Origin: Rhina ancylostomus
Taxonomy: Eukaryota
DNA length: 64,000 nt
Assembly (NCBI GenBank): GCA_030265395.1
Contig: JARFYF010000104.1
Location: 35,588,672 to 35,652,671 of the forward strand
Direction of reading: 5' to 3'
Part shown: positions 50,601-58,738 of the stretch, in pieces
How the letters are laid out: each line of letters begins with the position of its first letter
Position numbering within the stretch: position 1 is the first letter of the stretch
Notes under the pieces: model-generated
The model's database searches: none
What the model was told of the DNA's origin: nothing
The model's input: the letters and a program-made list of their open reading frames with translations, nothing else
Position numbers and translations under genes: made by a program

Positions 50601-53600
50601 GGCAGCATCAAGTTGAGGCAAGAGCATGGATGTATCTTCAGCCATAGCACTCACTCCCAATCTTTCAAACTCCAACGTTCTCTAATTATCAAGAAACCTA
50701 GCAAATCAATACAACCAACTCGCTGTCTAACCAATCATCACCAAACCTTCAAACTGATTAATGGTTTCTTTAAAAAGGGAATTGAAGTGTGGGTTGATTT
50801 TGTGTGTTTGTTTGGGTAGGTGGGGTTCTGTCCACTGTTAACCACTGGGGTCTCTGTGTGAGAAACACATGTTGTTAGCTGGACTGTTGAGACAGTTTGG
50901 CAGCACTGATGTCAAGTCGGCTTTGAATGAAAAATAACATCAAAATCTGGCTACATAACATATTTTTAGAATGTGTGAGCTACCACCCTTCCAAATGTGG
51001 CAAGTGCGGTGAGTCACACTAAAAATATGTGCAAACATCACGCTTGAAATTCTAGTCAAACTGGCATAATAGTGACCAAACAAGGGATGCAACATGACCT
51101 GATTGTGTAGTCATTGTCTTTTTGCAAAATTAGGTTTAGTACAGTTAAAATAAATNNNNNNNNNNNNNNNNNNNNNNNNNNNNNNNNNNNNNNNNNNNNN
51201 NNNNNNNNNNNNNNNNNNNNNNNNNNNNNNNNNNNNNNNNNNNNNNNNNNNNNNNTTAGGTTTATTACAGTTAAAATAAATGATGTCAACTGCCTTCCAC
51301 TCAAAATTCTTTCGCAGATGTTTAAATTTTCAGTAGGATTTTACTATAATCCCCATATATCCATAATTTGTAAATGAATTCAGGTCCCTCATATTACAAA
51401 TTTGTGCTGCATTTGATTTCCAGCTGTTATTTGGAAAGCAGATTCTTCTTTATGTATTTTAAATTTTTACAAAATATATTGATGCACTTTTATATCTCGA
51501 AGTAACATTCCTTAATTTGTGCAACCTTCTATAGCATCTAAAAGGTTTAAGTATCGCAGTAGAAACCAGTGTGCTTGTATAATCATTTGTGGACATTTTA
51601 TAAATACAAGACTCATTAAGTTTATTTGTTATAAACTTAAAACTGGTATAGACATTCATTACAATTCTACAGATATAAACCTTTCAAGGCAATCTCCTGG
51701 GATGGAGTAAATTACACTTTTGTTCTGCAAGCAGCAGTTTAATAGTATTAATCACAGCAGTGCAAAATTGGCATTTGCCAAAAAGTTACATTTGTCCGTT
51801 TTAACTTCCTGTAAAGCTGGCGCCAAAATAACAAGGAAAATCTTTTTAGTCAGGGAAAATGGATGCGGAGGAGTGTGTTAGAGAATACATTTGGTTAAGA
51901 AAATGTACCTCTGGAAAGAAAAACAGTTGGCCAAAAGAAAAATATTATTGTGTTTCAACAGTTACATCTTTCTTCAAATATTCATTCACTGAGTGTGATA
52001 TTGCTAGTAAGGCTGGCACTTATTGTCTGCCCTCATCTTCATTGAGAAGATGGTAATGCCTCTTTCTTTGAAAGACAGTCTTAATCCTGATAGGTTTTAC
52101 AGATCTCTAGGAATGTCATGGCCATCAATAATTTAAATTCCCATCATGGGATTTGAACTTGAATCTATGAGATTATTCGTCCAGATGATAACTATTTTGC
52201 TGCTGTTCCTTGCCGATATCAGGTAAAGATGAGAAGTTTATCCTCTGTGGTATGCATGAAATATTAGACTATGTATCTTGTACACTGCTACTGAAGATCA
52301 GTTCCTTTGAAGTCAATGGAGTTAAATTTCACATACAGGATACAATGCACATACCAATAATATTATGCATTTAGCATATGTAACCATGGATAAATTTCCA
52401 CCAGTCCTGTGTCTTTGGGTCCTTATTGGGCTCTGGGCTACAAGTTAATAGTGTTGAAGTGAGCATCTCTGTTCAGATAGGTATAAGTTTCTTTTAACAA
52501 GTATTATTTCATAGAGAACTCTTATGACCAAATTATTCTACACTATGATGTTTTAATGAACAGGAGAGGGATCAAAACATAGACCTTAGGATACATTTCC
52601 ATATGTTACTTCAGGTATTGATGATTTAAATGAAAAATGTATTAAATCAAAGAAGTTACCTGCCCGGTGGGGAAGACAATGACCTCTGTAGGCTGGAGTT
52701 TATGTCATGGTAGAATGGTTGGCTTTGAATCTCTGCAAGGTTGTAACTAATCCCACTTCCTTGTGTTATAGCCACTGAAAGCATAAAACAATTGTGAATT
52801 ATGATAGTCTTTCTGCACACAAAATAATTTTACATTATTCACAAAGAATAAAAATATTTGGAATACATTTGTGTATTGGATTAGAGTTTGTTAAGAACAA
52901 ATAACGTGAATACTTTGACTACTTTTAAGCCAATCTGACTTGATCTTTATAAGGTATACAAATGAAATCATAAACAGTTCTGGATAAGATTATCATACAC
53001 TGATTTGACTTTTGTCCCTAATCTTTCTTCATTACTTTTTAAAAGTTTTTGTATCTTATATATTTCCAAAGTTTGTATCCACAAACCTGATCAGAAACAA
53101 TTTTATAAGTCTTCGCTTTGTGTTGGAATGTCTTACAAAGTGTCAGAAGAACAGTCAAAGTGCATCATAACTCAGGCTGATAACACCTTCTCCCAAAGTC
53201 AATGGAGTGAAGTTTATCTATCCAGTTACACATAATCATAGTGAAAAGGCCATTGCAATTTTGAACCACTGTAGGATTGGTCTGGTAAGTTGCAGGCCTC
53301 AGTAGTGGGAGGTGGGGGGAGGTATGGAAGTCCAAATGTTGAAGGATATCCCACTGCCAGACAGAGACTCCTGGGGAACTCCATCCACAAACAGTGAAGA
53401 GCAGTGTCAAAACAATGACCTGTAGGAGTCCCACAGTGATAGCAGTCCAAATTAGTTTTTTGGGGCTCTATAGTGAATTTGCTACGTTCCTCTCAATCCA
53501 AGAAAATTAATTCCAAATGTATTTGGCTGGATTCTTTGGCTCCAATACTGTGAGGCTTGTTGGAGTGTGCGCAGAATACACAGTAACTAATTCCTATCAA

Positions 53601-56600
53601 AATTATATTTTGGGTCTCAGGACCTGATTTGTATATTCAAGGAAGTTACTGCCTTAAGCTTGTCTAGTTATATATACTCATAGTGTAACGACCATTGTAA
53701 TTTTGAGCCATTGTAGGATTGGTGTAGTCAGCTGCAGGGATGTGGGGTATAGAAATCTGAATGTCAAAGGATATCCCATTGCCAAATGAATAATTGGATA
53801 GTAAATTTCCAAATATGACATAGTTAATATTCAAATTAGCAATATTTCTACAGTTAAAGAGGGTTCAACAAAAACTGAAGGTTATTCTATTAGCAGAGAA
53901 ATTAAAATTCAATTTGTAAATGAAAGCGAGAGGTAACAAATCTCCTATNNNNNNNNNNNNNNNNNNNNNNNNNNNNNNNNNNGGGCAAAAAATGACAAAG
54001 GACTTTTTTTTACAAAGGATAGAGAAAGAAACCATATGAGAGATGAAAGAATAGTCAAACCAGCAGATGTGACCTCACCCTCAGGTTCTGCCAACAAAGA
54101 CTGTGGTTGTGGAAATGAATGTGGCTGTAATGATGCAATTAGATACAATAAATATTGTCAAAGAAGCAATATAGAACCTATTGTTAAGACAGAAAAAAAA
54201 AGTAGGTTTTATGGCATGGACCTTCAAAATGCCAAGGGAAATACCTGGGGTTCTAACCACAAATCTTTAAACATTTTGAATGAAGGATGACTAGGTTATA
54301 TCTTTTTGTAATGCAGCAAAAGGAATAAATGGACAACCATGAATCAATCAGCCTACCATTGGTTGCAAACATAGAAAATAATACTTGCTTGGAATGCAAA
54401 AGAAGCGTGACAGACTGAATTAGAAGACCACACGAACGGTTAATGAATGCTTGGGGAATTAAACTTATTTCAGCCAAGGTTAAGTGGAGAAACTGTTTCT
54501 TCTTGAGGTACATAGAAATAATCTGGACTCATACATTTTTTAAATATAATCATTCGAGGGATGTGGGCTTTGCAAGCTGAGCCAGCATTTAATTGCCCAT
54601 CCCACGTTGGGACAGAATATCACAACATCAAAATTGCAAATGGCATGAACACAGAAATTTTTTGTTATTTTAAAATGGACTGTACACACTTCATACAGAA
54701 TTGTGAAAATGGGCAAATTAGCTGTTAAAAGGGTTCAAATCCAGAGACTGGCAATAAACAGGTAAGTAGTTGCAAGACAATGAAATGTGAGGCTCACAAT
54801 AGCATGAAGTTCAGCTTCAATGGGAATTACACCTTAGAAGTAGACTGATACAAAGGTGTAGTTGGACTAAAACATTTTTCTGATGTATTCTCTTGGAATT
54901 AAGGATGACTTGCTATAATTATTAATTACATATACTGAATTTAGATTATGGGGCAGTTTGGTGCTGGTAGTTCAGGTTGTCAATATCTGCATTTATTAAA
55001 GTGCAAATAATGGTAGTGCATGGAACTTTATGTAAAATGTACAAAATGAAATGAGTGTGATCACAGGTTTTCAGTGCTTTCAGGGATAGCACATTGGACT
55101 AGGTGTTATAAAGCTGAATCTCGACAGAGGATCCTCATGTTAGCACAGTAATGAGCCACCCTCCAAAGCATTAGAAAGAATGAGGCATTTATGGAGCACA
55201 CTCACTGATATATAGTCACCCAAGAGGCAGCAACGAATGAAGAAGAAACATATGGGTGACCAGTTCCAGAGGTAACAAAGGATAACATTATGTGCAATTG
55301 CAGGGAGTCTTTTGCATTTTTAAACAGGTCCTCTGGATGTTTAATGTGAGACAAAAATGAGGCAGGCAAAGAGAGTAGTTCAAATGAGTGTAGTCACAAG
55401 CAACATCAGAGTGAGAGACAGCTCACAGGCTGAAAGACAACTGAATTGCAAAAAGTAAAATAAAATTGGTTATAGGCAGGGATTTTATAGCTTTGGGAAT
55501 AGGCTGCTTTTATTCCAATGTATCTGACAGTCATGATAAGTTACTTCCATGGTGAAGGATCTCACAAAAACAGATGAAAATATTTATGGAAAAAGGAGAT
55601 CAGCCAAAAAAGCACAAATATGTTTGAGGTCCTGCAGAGGGAATCTATGATAGAAGAAGAAAATAAATAAAGTATATCATGTGAAAAAAAGTGAAATCAC
55701 CTTGGGTTGGTGCAAAATCTAGAGAAGCAGAGTATTTTTAAAACATTGAGAGATCTCAGGTATCCTTGCACATAAATATAAGTTAATTTGTAGGGCACAG
55801 CAAGAGGGTAGGAGGCAAAAGGTGTGTTGGTCTTTACTGCAGGAAGATTTGAATGTGGAAGTAGAGATCTTACTCCAGTTCCATAGAGCCCTGATGAGTT
55901 TGCATCTGGGACATTGTGTACAGATCTGATCGCCCTATCTACTTATGATGGAGGGAGTACGTTGAAATTTCACCAGATTGATTCCTGGGATAGCAGGTTT
56001 TCTGTAGGAGCAGAGATTAAACAGACTAGGCCTATACGCTCAGAGTTTAGATGAACGAGAGGTGATCTCATTGAAACCTGTACAATTCTTATTGGGATGT
56101 TTCCCCTGGCGATGGTGTTCAGAACAGGGATAACAGTCTCATGATAAGGGCTGCAATGAAAAAATTTCTGAATGTTTGGAATACACTACCAAGAAAGGCA
56201 TGAAGGCTCAGCTGCTGAGTATATTGAAGAGAGAGATGAATATAGATCCTGAAATAATCAAAAGTATAGAATTACTGCAGGAAAATGGTGCTGAAGTAAA
56301 ATATCAGCTGCAGTTGTACTGAAGAGCAGATCAGACAAGAGGGGCTGAATAGGTTACTCCTGCTTCCATACGTTCTTGATAATACTCTATCAGGCATCCA
56401 CAGTTGCTAGCCATTGGACGTAACCAAATGGCAAATTTTCAGGCTAGAGAAAGTTGTACAATCAAACAAAAAGGGGGAAGACAGCAGCTTCCATCACATC
56501 CAATTGGGAGCAACAAACGTTCTGCTGGAGGAACTCAGGGGGTTGAGCAGCATCGGNNNNNNNNNNNNNNNNNNNNNNNNNNNNNNNNNNNNNNNNNNNN

Positions 56601-58738
56601 NNNNNNNNNNNNNNNNNNNNNNNNNNNNNNNNNNNNNNNNNNNNNNNNNNNNNNNNNNNNNNGGATTCCAAGGCCTCGGAATACCTAGTAATCCTTTCTT
56701 GCCACTCCCCTTCTCCTCTCTAACTGGTCATCTCGCCTCTCCACTCTCAGTCCTGATGCAGAGTTTCGACCCAAAACGTTGACAATTCTTTTCCTCCCAC
56801 AGATGCTGCTTGACCCACTGAGTTCCTCCAGCAGATTGTTTGTTGCTCTCTATTCCAGCATCTGCAGTCTCCTGTATCTGCATCCAAGAGGGAGTTATGA
56901 GGGACACTGTAGAAGCCAGGCGGGTGGTCAATACAGGGAGCAGGTGCTGTCTGTCCTCAACAATGTGCCGCACTCACCATGTGGGCCACGGTACAGCTCT
57001 GAGACCCACATCTCAGCACTGAGTGACTGTATGGCTTGCTCCAGCCCACCCAAACAGCCATTACACAATGTAGCTCATTCCACAGCAAGCCATTGCCATA
57101 CAGCCTTGAGATCACTTTGATCATTTCTTTCCGTGGGAGCGCCAGTGTGGGACAGAGCACTCAGCCGGGTTCCCTGCACAGCAATGCAGGGGATTGTGCC
57201 AGTCCCTGGGACAGCAGTGCCATCAGTAACTTATCTCTCTATACATAATGTTATAATGATCCATTTTAGCACTGATTTACAGCTCTCTCTGCTGAGCACA
57301 AAGAGATGAACCAATGTATACAACTCTGTTTGATGTCCAAATATAATTCAGCAAAGTCTTGTTAAACTAGACTTTGTTTAATTATAAACATTTCTAGAAT
57401 GACAACACAAGAACTATTTGGTGGTAAAAAAGCTTTAATTAATTTTGAAAGTTTGGCAATAAAATATAATATACAAAAGAGATGATGGCCCATGTGCTTC
57501 AGTTTCACTGATTTTCCAGGGTAGATTTTTGACTTCATTGTGTAGTTTGTAATTAGTGGAGACAATAAAAGTTGGATTAGCCACTATACAAGATTGCCAA
57601 CTTGATGGTAAAGTTAAAAACCTTTTGTTACATGAGCTCGGGCATTAATAGGTCTCCATGAAGATTATGAGTTATGTGAAAAATATCGGCAGGCTAGAAA
57701 TTATTGAAGACAGTGACATTTCAGAAGCTCTATTGAGCTTCATGTAGTGTACGAGTAATGTATTTTCTGAATAATTTACATTATATAATTTTCTGCAGAC
57801 TGCCAAATGGAATCTGTAACTCAACTGAATTGGTCTATCGCTATGGATCTATTTCTTTATTGATTCAGGAGATTGGAAATATGGATCCCATATCATTCCA
57901 TGCTAAGCCAATGGCATGAAGATTTGCTGATTGACTTTTTCAATATTTTATACAGAAGGACAAATTTCAGTTTATGGTTGGTGGCTTTTCAATGAAAAGT
58001 GAATTTTTCAGAAAGCACACATAAGCAGAAGTGTGAGGTAGCCCAAACTCTGGTATATATGTCACAATGTTGATCCAGAGCAAACTCACAGAGAACCCAA
58101 ATGCGGCACACTGATACAAAACTGGAGTCAGGATACNNNNNNNNNNNNNNNNNNNNNNNNNNNNNNNNNNNNNNNNNNNNNNNNNNNNNNNNNNNNNNNN
58201 NNNNNNNNNNNNNNNNNNNNNNNNNNNNNNNNNNNNGCCCCTGATGGGGCTCAGGTGTGTATTGTTACCTAATCAGTCCAGCATGGAATCCATGTGCTGG
58301 ACAACAAGGCATTCATGGATCCAAATTGAGGGCCAAAACTCAGAACCATGACAATAAACTACAACGGTTTTAAGTTAGTGAAATAGAACAAGAATAGGGC
58401 ATACAAAGCACAGCCGATACTGTTATCTGCTCAGTGGTAATGAATGAAAATAACTTTCTACCTCACCATCTCTACAGGGTAAATGGACCGTCAACCTCAT
58501 CCTGAGCTGAAATATATATATGTCAGTGAAGAACATGATGAGACATGGACACTAATCAGCTTTTATCTGAACGAGTTTGTAATGGGAAATACTAGCACAG
58601 AGTTCTGGCCAATTATAAAACATGTAACTAATTCTTTAAGATTAATCTCAATGAACGAATTATACTTACTTCGAGAGACTCGCATAAGTTCTCCAATGCT
58701 GAAGACTCCTGATTTTATAAAGCTGTCCTCTAGGTATG
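5534..58738 (-). CDS. NFIB: Nuclear factor I B, partial spliced gene (exons ~4-10 plus alternative cassette exon); gene extends beyond both window ends
   Basis: Seven exons with canonical AG/GT boundaries and matching phases (69+115+119+129+188+169+86 = 875 nt). They translate to [22 protein letters not shown]...KRPKTISID...RTWHERDQ...[15 protein letters not shown]...[10 protein letters not shown]...[10 protein letters not shown], collinear with the vertebrate NFIB C-terminal half. Confidence 0.96.
6880..7100 (-). mobile_element. CR1 LINE 3' fragment
   Basis: Minus-strand translation [26 protein letters not shown] resembles the CR1 ORF2 C-terminal motif WN.LP...V.A.S...FK..LD. Confidence 0.65.
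10330..10675 (+). mobile_element. Rex1/Babar-type LINE 3' end with (GACTTT)n tail
   Basis: Clearly similar to 46630-46965; ends ...GATAAACTTGACTTTGACTTTTAAC. Confidence 0.75.
12580..12905 (+). mobile_element. Non-LTR retrotransposon (L2/CR1 group) ORF2 C-terminal fragment
   Basis: Translates to [35 protein letters not shown], a typical post-RT LINE motif (K..VR..lEY...aW). Confidence 0.7.
12910..13140 (-). mobile_element. Penelope-derived short repeat with degenerate hammerhead motif (spans a gap)
   Basis: TGCTGGAGGAACTCAGC...GCAGCATCTGTGGG core is shared with copies at 25495, 30645, 37570, 56510 and 56745. Confidence 0.7.
21408..21493 (-). CDS. NFIB: NFIB exon ~10 (86 nt, phase 1/0): [28 protein letters not shown]
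   Basis: CTTTGTCTTTACCAG acceptor and CAG|GTGGGC donor; matches NFIB [27 protein letters not shown]. Confidence 0.95.
21640..21765. repeat. Short fold-back relic of the Penelope-derived repeat family
   Basis: AAATGCTTGAAGTATTCAGCAAGTCAG is followed by its approximate reverse complement TTGACTTGCAGAGTACTTCCAGCACTT. Confidence 0.5.
25024..25192 (-). CDS. NFIB: NFIB exon ~9 (169 nt, or 142 nt with internal donor after 25051): [47 protein letters not shown](GEASSSPSS)
   Basis: TTCCCTTCCACAG acceptor; donors GAAG|GTGAGG and CCA|GTAAGT; lies inside ORF 25010..25276; matches [20 protein letters not shown]...[10 protein letters not shown]. Confidence 0.95.
25495..25590 (-). mobile_element. Penelope-derived short repeat inserted in a minus-strand CR1 3' fragment (about 25380-25740)
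   Basis: Family core plus CTGATGCAGGGTTGAAACCCAAAATGTCGAC on the minus strand; flanks contain CR1-like AAGTTCCACATTCTCACC. Confidence 0.7.
28290..28980 (+). mobile_element. CR1 LINE 3' fragment
   Basis: CAGTTTTGGTCTCCTTATTTAAAGGAAGAC (QFWSPYL motif), [15 protein letters not shown], and the CR1 tail CCTACTGCTGCTCC...CTTATGTTCTTA. Confidence 0.8.
29178..29400. repeat. Minisatellite, 9 copies of 25-bp unit TGTATGTCCCCAACCTCTCCATCC(T/C)
   Basis: Head-to-tail copies read directly (one 23-bp variant), with no unique spacers. Confidence 0.95.
30645..31178 (-). mobile_element. Penelope-like element 3' fragment (end of GIY-YIG ORF plus terminal repeat)
   Basis: Minus strand from 31176 reads [16 protein letters not shown], like the Penelope ORF end LG.LQP.GmN. 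It is followed by a pyrimidine-rich tract and the family core. Confidence 0.7.
31450..31637 (-). CDS. NFIB: NFIB exon ~8 (188 nt, phase 1/0): [62 protein letters not shown]
   Basis: CTTTTCTGTTTCTAG acceptor and CAG|GTGAGT donor; [21 protein letters not shown] is identical to recalled NFIB. Confidence 0.96.
32652..32924 (+). mobile_element. LTR-like element, truncated by assembly gap (strand is relative to the other copy)
   Basis: Begins TGTCATGGTTCTGAG; 32652-32770 is the reverse complement of 58237-58353. Confidence 0.6.
33083..33211 (-). CDS. NFIB: NFIB exon ~7 (129 nt, phase 1/1): [42 protein letters not shown]
   Basis: GACTTGGTAG acceptor and GTG|GTAATT donor; matches [19 protein letters not shown]...[18 protein letters not shown]. 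Confidence 0.95.
33630..33830 (-). mobile_element. Decayed Deu-type SINE (SacSINE1-like)
   Basis: CCTCATCCAAAAGAC...CAGTGCAGCACTC matches the reverse complement of the recalled DeuSINE core. Confidence 0.45.
36640..37090 (-). mobile_element. Old CR1 fragment
   Basis: GGCAGCAGTTTTCACATAATTACCACTCTCTGAGT and TTCATAATTTTAAAGATCTTCATTAGATCCCCTC are reverse-strand CR1 3' motifs. Confidence 0.55.
37570..37735 (-). mobile_element. Penelope-derived short repeat carrying a minimal type I hammerhead ribozyme motif
   Basis: Family core; minus strand 37707-37670 reads CAGTT-CTGACGA-AGGGTCTTGACAT-GAAA-TGTC-GACTG. Confidence 0.75.
38322..38622 (+). mobile_element. tRNA-derived V-SINE (HE1-like)
   Basis: A box TGGCCTAGCAGTTAG, B box GGTTCAATTCC, V-domain GGAGTTTGTACATTCTCCCCGTG...GGTGCTCCAGTTTCC, and AATAAATAAATATCTTATCTTA tail. 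Confidence 0.85.
39260..39390 (+). mobile_element. CR1 3' tail fragment
   Basis: GATAGGAAAAGTTTAGAGGGATATGGGCCAAG...TTGGTCAGCATGGATGAGCTGGGC; reverse-oriented relatives at 41140-41260, 45785-45875 and 20250-20335. Confidence 0.7.
40436..41020 (-). mobile_element. CR1 LINE 3' fragment
   Basis: Minus [26 protein letters not shown]...[16 protein letters not shown] is the CR1 ORF2 C-terminus. Confidence 0.85.
41140..41450 (-). mobile_element. CR1 LINE 3' fragment
   Basis: Minus [58 protein letters not shown]. Confidence 0.9.
43620..44850 (+). mobile_element. Decayed CR1 LINE (RT to 3' tail) with a nested Penelope-derived repeat at about 44190-44345
   Basis: AGATTTGCTGATGAT (FADD), GAGTATTGTGTGCAGTTTTGGTCTCCA (EYCVQFWSP) and CR1 tail TTCTAATGTTCTTAT. 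Confidence 0.8.
46130..46430 (+). mobile_element. Decayed L2 LINE RT fragment (probably continues at about 47030-47430)
   Basis: GTCTATGTTGATGACAGCCAACTC (YVDDSQL, compare L2 YADDTQL) and AATTGGGAAGACTAAACCCATTGTC (KT.I motif). Confidence 0.6.
46515..46965 (+). mobile_element. Rex1/Babar-type LINE 3' end
   Basis: [43 protein letters not shown] matches the Rex1/Babar C-terminal motif; 3' UTR shared with 10330-10675. Confidence 0.8.
47802..47920 (-). CDS. NFIB: NFIB exon ~6 (119 nt, phase 2/1): [39 protein letters not shown]
   Basis: TTTATTTTCCAG acceptor and AAG|GTTAGT donor; KRPKTISID and RTWHERDQ are typical of NFIB. Confidence 0.96.
49470..50014 (+). mobile_element. CR1 LINE reverse transcriptase fragment (relatively young, runs into a gap)
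   Basis: PDGLHPR-like start, VPEDWK.AN..PLFKKG, SQHGF.K.KSC and [17 protein letters not shown]...[17 protein letters not shown]. Confidence 0.92.
52660..52774 (-). CDS. NFIB: NFIB exon ~5 (115 nt, phase 1/2): [37 protein letters not shown]
   Basis: TTTATGCTTTCAG acceptor and CAG|GTAACT donor; similar to [42 protein letters not shown]. Confidence 0.94.
53221..53785. repeat. Diverged direct repeat, about 130 bp (53221-53360 and 53663-53785)
   Basis: Both copies share TCATAGTG...CCATTG(C/T)AATTTTGA.CCA.TGTAGGATTGGT...AAGGATATCCCA.TGCCA. Confidence 0.75.
55610..56380 (+). mobile_element. Decayed CR1 LINE 3' fragment
   Basis: TTCACCAGATTGATTCCTGGGAT, AGAGGTGATCTCATTGAAAC (RGDLIE) and tail GGGGCTGAATAGGTTACTCCTGCTTC. 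Confidence 0.8.
56510..56875. mobile_element. Two oppositely oriented Penelope-derived repeats forming an inverted pair around a gap
   Basis: CTGCTGGAGGAACTCAG at about 56522 and its reverse complement CTGAGTTCCTCCAGCAG at about 56818; degenerate hammerhead at 56748-56785 (+). Confidence 0.7.
58060..58353 (-). mobile_element. Probable solo LTR with TGTCA...TGACA termini (strand is relative to the other copy)
   Basis: Inverted 5-bp termini, imperfect flanking duplication ATATA/ATAAA, and a second copy at 32652. Confidence 0.6.
58670..58738 (-). CDS. NFIB: NFIB exon ~4 (69 nt, phase 1/1): [22 protein letters not shown]
   Basis: TTTCTCCTTTAG acceptor and GTAAGT donor; matches recalled NFIB [22 protein letters not shown]; lies inside ORF 58563..58829. 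Confidence 0.95.

Noticed and set aside
51130-51281. Direct repeat TTAGGTTTA.TACAGTTAAAATAAAT on both sides of a 100-N gap
   Set aside because: Most likely an unmerged contig overlap (a similar case is at 43412-43528), not biology.
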